A DNA stretch of 63,090 nucleotides from a virus (lineage: Duplodnaviria > Caudoviricetes), in the IMG/VR virus record IMGVR_UViG_3300036398_001095, positions 1 to 63,090 of that record; one strand, 5' to 3'. The translations under genes were made by a program, and so were the position numbers. Positions 10,448 through 20,814 of this stretch are shown piece by piece (position 1 is the stretch's first letter; each line of letters opens with the position of its first letter). The notes beneath the pieces were generated by a model. It did not search any database. It was not told the DNA's origin and saw nothing but the letters and a program-made list of their open reading frames with translations.

Positions 10448-10600
10448 TCAGGACTCAGCCTTCTGTTCCTCAAGCTGGGCTACAGCCTGTGACTTGATCT
10501 TCTCAAACAGTACTGCGATCTGCTTATAAGGAAGATTCCCCAGCGTATCTAGCACTGTATTGACTTCATCAAGGGTGAGTTCAAGCTTGAGCGGGTTCAT
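10448..10600 (-). CDS. Small hypothetical protein (50 aa)
   Basis: MNPLKLELTLDEVNTVLDTLGNLPYKQIA...; fills the gap in the operon. Confidence 0.6.
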   Translation of the reverse strand: MNPLKLELTLDEVNTVLDTLGNLPYKQIAVLFEKIKSQAVAQLEEQKAES

Positions 10601-10949
10601 TCACTTTCCATGAGGTAGTGGCTTCATCCCAGCTATACATCTGACCATCGGTCGGCATAGCCACCGGCGCTTCCCATTGTGCGTTGGCATTCAGAATCCA
10701 ACTTGCATAAGGCTTTGGTGCCACGAAAGCATCAATGTCAGCCCTGTAGGTATAACCAATCCCGGCGTAGTTCTTTCTGATATTGCCGTTATACGAAGTC
10801 TGCTTCCAGGTGCCACCAAAGAGTCGTTCGCAAAATGCTGCACCGATGTGTTCCTTCTCCACACCGCTGGCATCTGCGGTATCCCGATTGTCAATGACCA
10901 CTACTTGGGTCACAACATTGTTTGCATCAAGCTGGGCATAGTGGGCCAT
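10581..10949 (-). CDS. Conserved tail-fibre-associated protein
   Basis: MAHYAQLD...WKQTSYN...RKNYAGIGYTY motif. Confidence 0.6.
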   Translation of the reverse strand: MAHYAQLDANNVVTQVVVIDNRDTADASGVEKEHIGAAFCERLFGGTWKQTSYNGNIRKNYAGIGYTYRADIDAFVAPKPYASWILNANAQWEAPVAMPTDGQMYSWDEATTSWKVNEPAQA

Positions 10950-10950
10950 G

Positions 10951-11553
10951 CTAAACCTCCAGTTTCAATCCGGTTAAATCCATCTCTTCGCCAACCGTTC
11001 CGGCAGGGAAGGTATTAAATGACAAGCTAACACGAACATCTTCACCTTCCACCGTCGGCACCATGTGCGTCAAACTTGATGGGAAAAGAATCAGCCTGCC
11101 CGTGATTGCTTCAAACCACCATGACTCACTGTTCCAGCTATTCCACTCAGCAGGGGGGAACTTAATCTGGCTGTAGCCGTCACGGTAGAAAAAAATCTTA
11201 TCGTTGGGGTTGGTCTGGATATAAAACACACCAGACACAAATGAATTAGGATGCGCGTGTTTGTGGTGATACTGCCCCGGCTCCGAGTAATTCACCCAAG
11301 ACTGTGTGAGCCTTAGCGTGACATCGTGCTTAGGATTGGTTGTGGCTTTGAAATACTCAGCCACGCAGTCTTCCATCCAGCCGCGCAGGCTCGTCATCAG
11401 CTTATCGCGCAGGACAAAGTTGTTTGCACTTGTGCGGTTGCCCATGTTGGGACGCTGTTCTAACTCCATGAGGAAGAACTTCTCCTCATCAGACAGCGGT
11501 CTACCGAGATCAAAGAACCCAACCGGCTGGGCGAATAGACCGTGCAAATTCAT
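10951..11553 (-). CDS. 2OG-Fe(II) oxygenase superfamily protein
   Basis: SWVN...HHKHAHPNSFVSGVFY...LILFPSSLTHMV...RVSLSFN; start moved to MNLHG. Confidence 0.8.
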   Translation of the reverse strand: MNLHGLFAQPVGFFDLGRPLSDEEKFFLMELEQRPNMGNRTSANNFVLRDKLMTSLRGWMEDCVAEYFKATTNPKHDVTLRLTQSWVNYSEPGQYHHKHAHPNSFVSGVFYIQTNPNDKIFFYRDGYSQIKFPPAEWNSWNSESWWFEAITGRLILFPSSLTHMVPTVEGEDVRVSLSFNTFPAGTVGEEMDLTGLKLEV

Positions 11554-11801
11554 GCCGCCGCCTTGTTGATCATGTCTGTCCAAGCGTTATGCTCTTTGAT
11601 CTGCTCTTCGGTGTAGATCGTGTTGATGGAATCCTCAAAAGCTTTGATCTTTTCCATCGTGTCTTGCACTTCCTGCCATGTCGGGCAAGGACGTGGATCA
11701 TCCCAGCGTGTGAAATGAGAGTTACTGATTTCCCACTTGGCACCGGGACGAAGCAGTGCCATTGCTGTATCTACACCGTAGAGTCTGTATGTTTTGGTCA
11801 T
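11550..11801 (-). CDS. Small tail-fibre chaperone-like protein
   Basis: ALLRPGAKW...WDDPRPCPT motif; follows the Gly-rich gene. Confidence 0.5.
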   Translation of the reverse strand: MTKTYRLYGVDTAMALLRPGAKWEISNSHFTRWDDPRPCPTWQEVQDTMEKIKAFEDSINTIYTEEQIKEHNAWTDMINKAAA

Positions 11802-11805
11802 AGGA

Positions 11806-13503
11806 TTATGAGTAGTTAGTTTTTAGGATGACGATACCAGAGCCACCAGCGCCGCCGTTACCATTACTACCGCCACCACCGCCACCACCAGTGTTGGCAG
11901 TACCTGCTGTGCCTGCGCCGCCGTTGTACGATGCGCTTGCTCCACCACCACCAGACCCCCCAGCGGCTGAACTTGAAGTAGTTGAATGGGGGCCGCCACC
12001 GCCACCTCCAGCATAGGTTACCGATGAACCAGAAATTGAAGATGCCGTACCGTTACCACCCGTTCTTACGTTGGCGCTTCCTCCTGCACCACCGACCGCA
12101 CTAGCGCCACCGCCACCGCCACCTCCATAAAACGGAGCAGTAGCATTATTGGCTCCACCAGCAAAACCCTGACCAGACGTTCCGCTTGAACCTATAACAG
12201 ATGTCCCGCCAGAACCACCGCCACCACCTGAGCCAAATGGTGAGCCAGACGTTGGTCCGGGTTGATCTGAACCAGCTCCACCACCGCCACCACCATATGA
12301 CGTTATTGAAGAAAATACCGAGTTACCTCCGCGACCAGCATTGTTAAGAGAACTAGCTCCTGTACCACCAGTTCCGCCGCCACCTACAGTAATTACATAA
12401 GCGTCGCCTGCGCTAACAGAAAGTCCAGTTCCTGTACGGTATCCCCCCGCACCTCCACCGCCACCGCCTTGATTAGTGTCACCAACACCACCCCCACCAC
12501 CACCAGCAACGACCAAGTAATCCACCGAAGTCACACCAGCAGGACAAACCCACACGGTACTGCTTGTGAATGTAAGAATGCCAACTGTTTGGGTAGATGG
12601 GTTTATGGTGTAACGAAGAATGACAATACCGGAGCCGCCTGAACCGCCTGCTCCAGCAGTTGGTGATGTACTACCCCCACCGCCTCCGCCTCCGCCTAAA
12701 TTTGCAGCACCATTTTGCGCGGCAGTTGATGAATTAGACCCATTTCCACCGCCACCTGAACCGCCTGCTCCAGCAGTTCCAGAAGGAGCATTAAAAGTGC
12801 CACCACCTCCACCACCAGCATAGGTTACGCTTGATCCGCTAATAGTAGATGTATTCCCATCCCCACCTTTACCTCCCGCACTTCCTGTTCCGTTAGCACC
12901 AGCTTGACTGGCCCCACCACCTGCACCACCTCCAAAATAAGGACCAGAAAGGGTACCGTTACCGCCAGCATATCCCTGAACGGATGGGCCCGGAATTGAT
13001 GGTGTATTACCAGCCCCACCTGTCCCAGATCCAGTACCTCCGCCTCCAGACCCTCCGGCTACACCATTTCTGCTTGCGTTTGCGTCCCGTCCGTTACCGC
13101 CTCCTGCGGATACAACCCCCGGTGAGGCAAAAGGTGAGGGCGAAGAACCTCCAACAATAGACGAATTACCGCCTGCCGTGACACTCGCATCAAGTGCCGC
13201 TCCTGTCCCGCCACTTCCTACGGTAATCGTATAAGCAACTCCAGCCGAAACAGTTTGAGCAGAACCTATTCTAAAACCTCCGGCGCCACCACCTGACCCG
13301 CCATTTCCGCCAGCCCCACCGCCACCAGCGACAATTAAGTAATCCACAGCCGTGACACCTGTGGGGCAAGTCCATGTCGTGGATGACGTGAAAATCTCTA
13401 CAACCGTAACCGGCCCAGGCCAGTTATTGCCCATCCGAGCAACAAACTGATCCCTCAGCGACCAGATACCCGTCGCGTTATAGTTAGATGGAAATTGAGC
13501 CAT
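11806..13503 (-). CDS. Glycine-rich tail-associated protein with two tandem domains
   Basis: Two copies of FTSS..W.CP.GVT.VDYL.VAGGG...GGSGIVIL. Confidence 0.75.
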   Translation of the reverse strand: MAQFPSNYNATGIWSLRDQFVARMGNNWPGPVTVVEIFTSSTTWTCPTGVTAVDYLIVAGGGGAGGNGGSGGGAGGFRIGSAQTVSAGVAYTITVGSGGTGAALDASVTAGGNSSIVGGSSPSPFASPGVVSAGGGNGRDANASRNGVAGGSGGGGTGSGTGGAGNTPSIPGPSVQGYAGGNGTLSGPYFGGGAGGGASQAGANGTGSAGGKGGDGNTSTISGSSVTYAGGGGGGTFNAPSGTAGAGGSGGGGNGSNSSTAAQNGAANLGGGGGGGGSTSPTAGAGGSGGSGIVILRYTINPSTQTVGILTFTSSTVWVCPAGVTSVDYLVVAGGGGGGVGDTNQGGGGGGAGGYRTGTGLSVSAGDAYVITVGGGGTGGTGASSLNNAGRGGNSVFSSITSYGGGGGGAGSDQPGPTSGSPFGSGGGGGSGGTSVIGSSGTSGQGFAGGANNATAPFYGGGGGGGASAVGGAGGSANVRTGGNGTASSISGSSVTYAGGGGGGPHSTTSSSAAGGSGGGGASASYNGGAGTAGTANTGGGGGGGSNGNGGAGGSGIVILKTNYS

Positions 13504-13513
13504 GATCTATGCC

Positions 13514-13897
13514 TCAAGAAATCGTCGTGTAAGAACAGGTGTAAGTCAGTTTAGATGCCGTGGAGCTTGTTACCCATAAGGTTGATGCCTCGCCCGTCAC
13601 GCTTGTATCCAGTAAGTACAACGAAGTTCCCGTGGTAATCACCTCAACCGTGCCGCCAACTGGAACCGTCACCGATGTAATGATAGACCGATAAGTCGTT
13701 CCATCCGCCAGCCTCAACTCTACCGTGGCACTGTAAGGCGATGCCGTGTCTATGTTAGACACTAACAATGAATTGACCTTATGCGTTGCCCCTGTCGCAG
13801 GTGCCGTCACCAAAGCATTTCGTGAGGTATCAGCAGGGGTAATAGACACCGTATGCGGTACGATGCTCGTTACAGAAACTATATTTGGGGCCGCCAT
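13514..13897 (-). CDS. Small virion protein
   Basis: MAAPNIVSVTSI, beta-rich, follows the fibre gene. Confidence 0.55.
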   Translation of the reverse strand: MAAPNIVSVTSIVPHTVSITPADTSRNALVTAPATGATHKVNSLLVSNIDTASPYSATVELRLADGTTYRSIITSVTVPVGGTVEVITTGTSLYLLDTSVTGEASTLWVTSSTASKLTYTCSYTTIS

Positions 13898-13898
13898 A

Positions 13899-16298
13899 TT
13901 AACCTCCGAAAACTAAAGCCATAGCTATAGCAAAACCTGTTGTAGAAAGAGTTCCAGACGTTGGCAACGTCACGTTCGTTGCACCAGTTGACGTTAAGGT
14001 AATACTGTTTGCACCCGATGTCGCCAAGGTAGAACCGTTAGCCAGTGTTAGCGTGGCGCTTGTTGCCGGTGCTGTGATAGCAACCTTGTTAACACTTGTT
14101 GCCGTTGCTACACCAAGTGTTGGTGTCACTAGCGTGGGGCTGGTAGCAAATACCAGAGAACCTGACCCGGTTTCATCCGTGACTGCCGCTGCAAGGTTAG
14201 CCGATGATGGCGTACCCAAGAAGGTCAGAATACCCGCCGCCGTGGACGTTGTACTTGGTGCAACCCCTGCGCCACCACCAATCACAATTGCATTAGCAGC
14301 CAACGCACCAGAGCTTGCCCAAGTTGTACCGCTTGAGAAGTATGGAATACCACCTGACGTACCAGCAATCGTAAATGCCGGTGTGGTCGTCGCTGTAGCT
14401 ACAGAAACAATACCGCCCGTCCAGCTAACGCTAGTAACCGTTCCCGATCCACCGCCACCCGATGCAGCAATAGTGATGCCGCCAGAGGAGTTAGTAACCG
14501 TGATACCCGAACCAGCAGTCAACGTAGCAAGACTAAAACCCGATCCATTACCAATCAGTAACTGACCATTCGTTGGTGTGGCCGTATTGCCTGTACCACC
14601 GTTACCCGTGGGCAGCGTACCTGTAACCTGAGAGGCTAGGTTGATATTGCTGATCGTATTGTTAGCACCATTGATGGTCTTGTTGGTCAGGGTTTCTGCC
14701 CCTGCCAGCGTCGCTAACGTGCCTGTCGTTGGTAAGGTAACCGATGTATTGCCGTTTAAGGTCAACCCAAGACTGTAGTTACCTGTGAAGGTAATCGTAT
14801 TCAGTGCATTGTTAGATACACCCGTACCGCCATTCGCAGGACTTAAATTACCCGCAACCGTTACTGCACCACCTGTTGCCGTGCTTGGCGTTAGACCTGT
14901 CGTACCAAATGAGATCGTTGCTACGGTATTACTTGTGGTTGCCAAGGTTCCCGATGTGGGAAGCGTGACGTTTGTGGCACCCGTGGAAGTCAACGTGATG
15001 CTATTAGCACCAGAGGTTGCAAGCGTAGATCCATTTGCAAGTGTCAGCGTACCCGTGGTCGTGGATACCGTTAGACCATTCAAACTTGTTGCTGTAGCTA
15101 CACCAAGAACAGGTGTGGTAAGCGTAGGTGATGTTGCCCTAACGACATTCCCCGTACCGGTATTCGCTGTCCAAGTCGGCGCTGTTCCTGTGGAAGTCAG
15201 AACATAGTTAGACGTACCGATGGATAAGAAGCTTGTCGCACCTGATGCTGTCTGATAAGGAACCGATCCCGCTGCACCACCTGCAAGATTCGTAGCCGTC
15301 CCAACCGTCACACCTGATGCAGCACTCCACTGCGGTGCTGTTCCTGAAGACGTAAGGATGGTCGTGCCTAAACCAATCGCAAGCTTGGTAAACGCTGTAC
15401 CCGTGGCGTAGTAAATTAAATCACCAGCGGTGTAACTAGACTGACCTGTGCCACCCTGATCCGTGGCTAGCGTACCTGTAGAGGTAAGTGCCTTAGACCC
15501 ATCCGTAAAGACTGCTTTACTTGCCGTGGCCGAAGATAAAATCGGTGCCGAACTAAAGGTCTGTATGCCCGTAAATGTCTGAGCCGCATCCGTCCGTGCA
15601 ATCGTTGCACTGGTCCCCGGAAAGGTCATCGTGGTGCTATCAGTACCTGCTAGCGTCAGGCTATTACTAGCCGTAAGTGTCTTGCCATCAGCAATGGTCA
15701 GTGTTGCACTAGATGCTGGAGCAGTGATCGTAACTTTGTTGTAAGCCCCGGCTGTGATGTCACCCGTGGTATCAGCGACAAATGCTGCCGAGTTCTGAAT
15801 AACTTTACCCGTCAGACCGTCAAATCTTGCAATTGCGTTATCAGTAGAAGACGCAGGCCCATCTACATCACCCGAAGCAATCTCTTTGAAATCACCGGCA
15901 TTCGTGTCCCAGGCTACCCAAGTCTGTTTACCCGGAGCAACCGAAATACCTGTCGTAGGCCCAGTGCTTCCCCGGATCGTGACATTGAACCCACCAGAGG
16001 TGTTGTTCATCACAATGTAGGCTTTACTGCTATTGGGTACGTTTATGTAGCGTAGTTGCGACCTGGAACCGGTACAGTTCAGGATCATGTACTGGGCTGA
16101 CGTAGACCCAATATTTGTTGCTGCATTCGTGCCTTGAGTATTTACCAGCGTTACATCAGCATCTGTACTTAATGTCTGTGTACCTGCAATTGCAATATCA
16201 AGATAAGCCGTTAGGCCACGATTGACCGCATCACCCCAAGTTCCCGATTCGGTTCCTTGGACTGGGGTAATTAAATCTAATAGACTTGTATAAGGCAT
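13899..16298 (-). CDS. Tail fibre protein
   Basis: T/G/S/A-rich, GTWGD N-terminus, DNAIARFDG, NGGTG repeats, internal duplications. Confidence 0.75.
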   Translation of the reverse strand: MPYTSLLDLITPVQGTESGTWGDAVNRGLTAYLDIAIAGTQTLSTDADVTLVNTQGTNAATNIGSTSAQYMILNCTGSRSQLRYINVPNSSKAYIVMNNTSGGFNVTIRGSTGPTTGISVAPGKQTWVAWDTNAGDFKEIASGDVDGPASSTDNAIARFDGLTGKVIQNSAAFVADTTGDITAGAYNKVTITAPASSATLTIADGKTLTASNSLTLAGTDSTTMTFPGTSATIARTDAAQTFTGIQTFSSAPILSSATASKAVFTDGSKALTSTGTLATDQGGTGQSSYTAGDLIYYATGTAFTKLAIGLGTTILTSSGTAPQWSAASGVTVGTATNLAGGAAGSVPYQTASGATSFLSIGTSNYVLTSTGTAPTWTANTGTGNVVRATSPTLTTPVLGVATATSLNGLTVSTTTGTLTLANGSTLATSGANSITLTSTGATNVTLPTSGTLATTSNTVATISFGTTGLTPSTATGGAVTVAGNLSPANGGTGVSNNALNTITFTGNYSLGLTLNGNTSVTLPTTGTLATLAGAETLTNKTINGANNTISNINLASQVTGTLPTGNGGTGNTATPTNGQLLIGNGSGFSLATLTAGSGITVTNSSGGITIAASGGGGSGTVTSVSWTGGIVSVATATTTPAFTIAGTSGGIPYFSSGTTWASSGALAANAIVIGGGAGVAPSTTSTAAGILTFLGTPSSANLAAAVTDETGSGSLVFATSPTLVTPTLGVATATSVNKVAITAPATSATLTLANGSTLATSGANSITLTSTGATNVTLPTSGTLSTTGFAIAMALVFGG

Positions 16299-16307
16299 AA
16301 CTATTCC

Positions 16308-16784
16308 TTACGTCGTTATCTGCGACCAACCGGCGTTTTGTGTTGTATTGATCTGCTCCCAGAACAATACAGCAGAGATGCTATCAGCACCAGATGCGTT
16401 TTCAAGTACAGATAGCTGCATTTCCACGTTGATTGAAACAAGGTCATTACCAGCCGCATTCTCAAGCACAGAACTAATAAAGCTTGCTGAACCTGAAATG
16501 CTGTCTGCACCCGCAGATGTTTCAATAATCGTTCCACCAAAATCAGCAACCCCTGCAATTGTATCTGCACCACTAGCTGCTTCAATAATATCGGTGGCAA
16601 AGTATGGGTTGCCTGCCATGAGGTCATTGCCCGATGCGGCTTCAAGAATAGATGCTGGATATTCAACCCCCGGCACAGCAACTGTGTCGTTTCCTGAAGC
16701 CAGTTCAAGAACAGAACGATCATAAGCTGACCTGCCCCAAGGCCCAAATCCCCATGCACCTGATCCCCAGCCGCCTTCACTCAT
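16308..16784 (-). CDS. Virion protein with E.ASG.D repeats
   Basis: GWGSGAWG N-terminus; about six roughly 20-aa repeats. Confidence 0.55.
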   Translation of the reverse strand: MSEGGWGSGAWGFGPWGRSAYDRSVLELASGNDTVAVPGVEYPASILEAASGNDLMAGNPYFATDIIEAASGADTIAGVADFGGTIIETSAGADSISGSASFISSVLENAAGNDLVSINVEMQLSVLENASGADSISAVLFWEQINTTQNAGWSQITT

Positions 16785-17362
16785 GTTGCCGTGAGTCGGA
16801 ACTCATAAGTAACTGAGATCACATCCCCGGATACCACAGACCGATCTCCGGGTGATTGGAAGTCTGCGGCACTGAATAACGTACCCGTCGTTCCTAAGAT
16901 CGTACTATTACTTGTCAGAAAGGCACCACCCACCGTTGCGGTTGCGTCAATATTAAACACAGCCTTATTAGACGTGTTCGTTACTACCGAAGGATTGGCG
17001 TTTGTTGATGCGGCAAAAGTTGCCGCTGGTCTGGTTGCATTGCTGTAGCAATCAATCTCTGTCCAGCCAGAGTGGGAAGACATCGTATCCGAAGCAGCCG
17101 GTGTGTTACTTGCAGCAGCACCGTATAAGCCCACATACCAAGTTGTGATCTGCGCTGTTGAGTTTGCCAGTGCCGTGCCAGCCATGTACTGAAGACCGAC
17201 GTTGACCACCAAGTTATCACCCTCAGCAGTCCACTTGAGGTTGCCATCTTTGTCATGGCACTCTGCATAGTACCTACCGCAGGCCACAGCCGATTCACCC
17301 CAAGATGTTTTAGCGGCTAACCCGCTAGAAACTTGATCACCCGCTTTTGCTTTTTCCATCAT
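16781..17362 (-). CDS. Virion structural protein
   Basis: NLVVNVG...WYVGL...GTLFSAADF. Confidence 0.55.
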   Translation of the reverse strand: MMEKAKAGDQVSSGLAAKTSWGESAVACGRYYAECHDKDGNLKWTAEGDNLVVNVGLQYMAGTALANSTAQITTWYVGLYGAAASNTPAASDTMSSHSGWTEIDCYSNATRPAATFAASTNANPSVVTNTSNKAVFNIDATATVGGAFLTSNSTILGTTGTLFSAADFQSPGDRSVVSGDVISVTYEFRLTAT

Positions 17363-17787
17363 GCAATCCTTAAAACGGCGTTGGTAGCATCATTAACCGG
17401 GAATGTAATCACCAAGTCCTGTGCGGTTTTAGTGATATTAACCCCGAAGTTTAATACTGCAACGGAACGATTTCCATTAGTTGAGTTGTAAATAAGCGCC
17501 CCATTGGTCGTTAACGTGACGTTTGTGAATGTCGCATTTTGGAAAGACCAATAAGAAGTAGTTCCTTGAAAGCTTGGCGTGATGTTTGTGAGGATAATTC
17601 CTCCAGCGGAATAATTGGTTCCACTGACTTCACCTGCCGTCGTGTAAGCAGTCGTTGAGGCACCGAGATCCGCGTTGGCGGTGTATAGGGCCAGCTTAAA
17701 GACATCGCCCGTTCCCGTGGTGAAGTTATGAAGACCCTGCGCCACTTCAACCTTGAAGCTTGTCGTCAGGGTTTGAATGATCGCCAT
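17359..17787 (-). CDS. Virion structural protein
   Basis: TSFK...FKLALYT...GALIYN motif. Confidence 0.55.
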   Translation of the reverse strand: MAIIQTLTTSFKVEVAQGLHNFTTGTGDVFKLALYTANADLGASTTAYTTAGEVSGTNYSAGGIILTNITPSFQGTTSYWSFQNATFTNVTLTTNGALIYNSTNGNRSVAVLNFGVNITKTAQDLVITFPVNDATNAVLRIA

Positions 17788-18452
17788 TACACCACCTTAT
17801 CCCGAACTTGGCCAGTCCTGTACGCATCCTGGCGCTCCAGTCCATCACCAAGTCGTTTGGCTAGTATTAATGCTTCTTTGTACTTGCCATTGATATTGGC
17901 CATCAAGTCGGGCTCAAGCTTCAAGAATGTACTTGCTTCAACCAAGCATCCGTATAAAAGCACCGAGTCAAAGTTGTCACTGAGCCATGTGGTCGTTGCA
18001 TCCACATTACCTGCACCAATGGAAGACGGGTAGTAGAAGTAATGAAGCTCTACCGAGTAACCCGAATTAGGCGTTGGCCCAATAATGAACGTCAGTTCTT
18101 TCGGAAATGTCGGATAGTCTGGGCCAAATAGTGCGTAACAGTATGGGAAGCCTGTATCCGTGGGCGATGGAAATGACTCACGTATGAAGTTCACATCCTT
18201 ATTCAGGAGATACCTATACGATCCATCCGTATCAATCACCGCCATGGAATAGACGGCCAAGAAATCTGACGGGCACTGAAGATACTTATTGCCGCTAGTC
18301 AAACTCCCGGTCACGTTCTTGCGAAGCGATGGGAATTGAATGGTATTGAAGATGCGCTGTTCAGTTTGCTGAGCAAATGTCTGGAGCGTCGACGTCTCAA
18401 ACGTCGTCTCAAGATAGTCCTGAATAGCTGTCTTCAGCTCACCCCAGTTCAC
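17787..18452 (-). CDS. Head-tail adaptor / tail tubular protein A-like
   Basis: ELKTAIQDY...GPTP...LLYGCLVEA; GTG start at 18452. Confidence 0.55.
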   Translation of the reverse strand: MNWGELKTAIQDYLETTFETSTLQTFAQQTEQRIFNTIQFPSLRKNVTGSLTSGNKYLQCPSDFLAVYSMAVIDTDGSYRYLLNKDVNFIRESFPSPTDTGFPYCYALFGPDYPTFPKELTFIIGPTPNSGYSVELHYFYYPSSIGAGNVDATTTWLSDNFDSVLLYGCLVEASTFLKLEPDLMANINGKYKEALILAKRLGDGLERQDAYRTGQVRDKVV

Positions 18453-18709
18453 GCCATCGGCCCCCGGCACATAACACCCTTGGTTGCTGCCCCTGCGCCA
18501 CGCATTTTAATACCAGTCGTCTTGACTTGGCTATTAGGATTGATGGCCACCCCATGTGTGGGCTGCCAATCCTTATCCATGTTGTATGGCATTTGCTTGC
18601 CTGGATTAGGCGATGCAACAACCTTGGCGCCAGTCATCGTATGCGGCTCTGCGTAAACAGACGCCGGACCGACTTCCTTGCCGCCCTGCTTCATGGAATA
18701 TTTGGCCAT
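18449..18709 (-). CDS. Small basic protein
   Basis: RGAGAATKG motif; coupled to neighbours. Confidence 0.55.
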   Translation of the reverse strand: MAKYSMKQGGKEVGPASVYAEPHTMTGAKVVASPNPGKQMPYNMDKDWQPTHGVAINPNSQVKTTGIKMRGAGAATKGVMCRGPMA

Positions 18710-18885
18710 TACTTGCTCCTTTGGTTGGCAACCCTTGCAAGATTGCGGCCCATCTTTTTCATCATCTCTGATGTAGGGCCACCCTTACGCATTTTGGTTA
18801 GGGGCTTGCCTGGGTGCATGGCCTTCTCATGCTTATGCACAGCAGCCGCTGCCGTCTTTTTGTCCTGCTTGATGTCGTCCTTCAT
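18709..18885 (-). CDS. Small basic protein (58 aa)
   Basis: MKDDIKQDKK...HKHEKAMHPGK...MRKGG; GGAG RBS. Confidence 0.6.
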   Translation of the reverse strand: MKDDIKQDKKTAAAAVHKHEKAMHPGKPLTKMRKGGPTSEMMKKMGRNLARVANQRSK

Positions 18886-18893
18886 GTCAGCTC

Positions 18894-19319
18894 CTATGAT
18901 GCTGTGACACTGTTCAACAATGCTTGACCCACAAGGTGATTAGGGGTCATGCCGGAATCGTATGATCTTGCACCGCCAACAGGGTTGAAGCCCCATTCAA
19001 TAACTCGGCTTCCTTCAGATGGAACTCCCGTGTAAAGCGGGCTTGTTCCTACCGTGTTGTTCGTCTGCATCCCGTTGTAACCTGACTGGTAATACGAATT
19101 GGAATCGGGACGAGGATTCCGTACGGCCTGCGGGTCATTCACGGGAAACATGCCTAGCTGCAATTGCGGCTGGTCAGGCTCCCAGCAAGTCGGACATACT
19201 AGTATATTGACATTTTTTGTCTTGATTGTCAGCGGCTTTAGCTGTTTAAGCTTATAGCGGAACCCGCAGCGATCACACTGCGATATAGCCCACTTACCAC
19301 TGGCAAACTGATTGGGCAT
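18894..19319 (-). CDS. Zn-ribbon protein
   Basis: CDRC...CPTC, DPQAVRNPRPD. Confidence 0.6.
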   Translation of the reverse strand: MPNQFASGKWAISQCDRCGFRYKLKQLKPLTIKTKNVNILVCPTCWEPDQPQLQLGMFPVNDPQAVRNPRPDSNSYYQSGYNGMQTNNTVGTSPLYTGVPSEGSRVIEWGFNPVGGARSYDSGMTPNHLVGQALLNSVTAS

Positions 19320-20294
19320 TTAGAACCCACCCGTTCCTAAGAATGACTGCCTTGGCACAAACCTAATTGGTGCCTTTTCACGATCTTCAGAAGATGCAAG
19401 ATCCCATGCTTCATCGTACTGAGCCTTCAACATCCCCATGCGCTCTAAGCCACCTTCTACCTTCATGGATAGCTTGTATGCCAATCCAGCAATCAGAGCC
19501 TCTTGGAATCTGAATGGAATGTCTTCCACGTTCACACCATTACCGGCGTCTTGCAACCTTCTCATGCGCCAGTAAACCAACGTGTAATAAGGACTGCTGA
19601 TAGATCCTTGATCCGGGGCTGGCCATACCGTGACGTTAGGGAACTTGGTATTACTTACCTCTGCGCCCGACGAATGACTTGCAGCCGTTGTGTTGTTCTG
19701 CCCACGGACCACATTATCCAGCGTTGCATAAGCCGAAGCACCTGTTGCCACATTCTCGGCTTGGGTTGAAGTACCGTAGTAATAAACCGTCTCCGAACCA
19801 ATGTTTGCATATCCTGCATATGGTATCCCCGCGAGGCTAGACATCGGTATTGTTGTAGCAGATGATGTGATGTTAGCCGCAAGCGTCCCAGTAAAGACAT
19901 ATGTTTGACCGCCTTGCCTGTCAATGTAGATCTGAATAGGCCGCCCCGTGGCAAGCTTATTAGGAATGGTTGAGTAAGTACTTACCGAGATCCGACTGAT
20001 ATTGATATCCGTCTGGTTCTGGCTTTCCCCTGTGCGGATAACCGTTTCAACAAGATCGACCGTATTAATCGGTAACGGATAGGTAATCTGATTGGCATAA
20101 AGCTGGATAGCACCCTGCTCCATGGTCCATAAGTTAATCCCACGATTGGCCCAATCTGTAAGCAATAAATTTAACGATCGACGCGCTGTGCGTAAGTCAT
20201 AACCTGATCGCAACTCCCGGCCGCAACGCTCGTATGCCTCTTCGACCAGCTCATTCAGGTTGGGATTAAAGTTTGTTGTTCCCGTGGTTGTCAT
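19320..20294 (-). CDS. Putative head-completion / adaptor protein
   Basis: EEAYERCG...ARRSLNLL..WANRGINLWT. Confidence 0.55.
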   Translation of the reverse strand: MTTTGTTNFNPNLNELVEEAYERCGRELRSGYDLRTARRSLNLLLTDWANRGINLWTMEQGAIQLYANQITYPLPINTVDLVETVIRTGESQNQTDINISRISVSTYSTIPNKLATGRPIQIYIDRQGGQTYVFTGTLAANITSSATTIPMSSLAGIPYAGYANIGSETVYYYGTSTQAENVATGASAYATLDNVVRGQNNTTAASHSSGAEVSNTKFPNVTVWPAPDQGSISSPYYTLVYWRMRRLQDAGNGVNVEDIPFRFQEALIAGLAYKLSMKVEGGLERMGMLKAQYDEAWDLASSEDREKAPIRFVPRQSFLGTGGF

Positions 20295-20536
20295 TTGCCC
20301 ACCTTTCTAAACGGTGCAACCTTTTTGGCAATAGTCTTTGGCTGCGCTACAAACTGCTTACCCTTAGCCTTACCTTCACGCTTTGCCCTAGTGGTCGCAG
20401 CATACTCCTGTGGCGATAACGATTTGATTGCTGACTCTGGGAGATAACGCTCCCCTGTATCAGACGATCGTTTACCACTCTTGGTGGTCCATTTCTGGTC
20501 ACCCCAAGCTTTCAAGGATTGCTGCGGAGCCTTCAC
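20291..20536 (-). CDS. Conserved small basic phage protein
   Basis: QKWTTKSGK...GERYLP. Confidence 0.6.
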   Translation of the reverse strand: MKAPQQSLKAWGDQKWTTKSGKRSSDTGERYLPESAIKSLSPQEYAATTRAKREGKAKGKQFVAQPKTIAKKVAPFRKVGK

Positions 20537-20814
20537 TTGTATCCGCCTCCAGCAGCTTTATATCGCTTAGCGAGTAGCTGTGCTTTGCGGGCGCTCCACT
20601 GGCCTGCACCAGTCCCCTGCACCGCGGCAGCTTTGATTGAATTAAACAAACGCTTTCTCATGCCAGGCTTGGTGTAATTACCAGCTTCATTGACCTTTGA
20701 TACTTTCCCGCCTTCTGCGTACTGAATGAAATCAGTATCGTCACGTCGGGATCGTAATTTTGGGCGCGGCATTTTGGAGGGATTGATAATCCCCATACCC
20801 CGGCTTTTGAGCAT
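20533..20814 (-). CDS. Conserved small basic phage protein
   Basis: NYTKPGMRK...GQWSARKAQLLA. Confidence 0.6.
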   Translation of the reverse strand: MLKSRGMGIINPSKMPRPKLRSRRDDTDFIQYAEGGKVSKVNEAGNYTKPGMRKRLFNSIKAAAVQGTGAGQWSARKAQLLAKRYKAAGGGYK

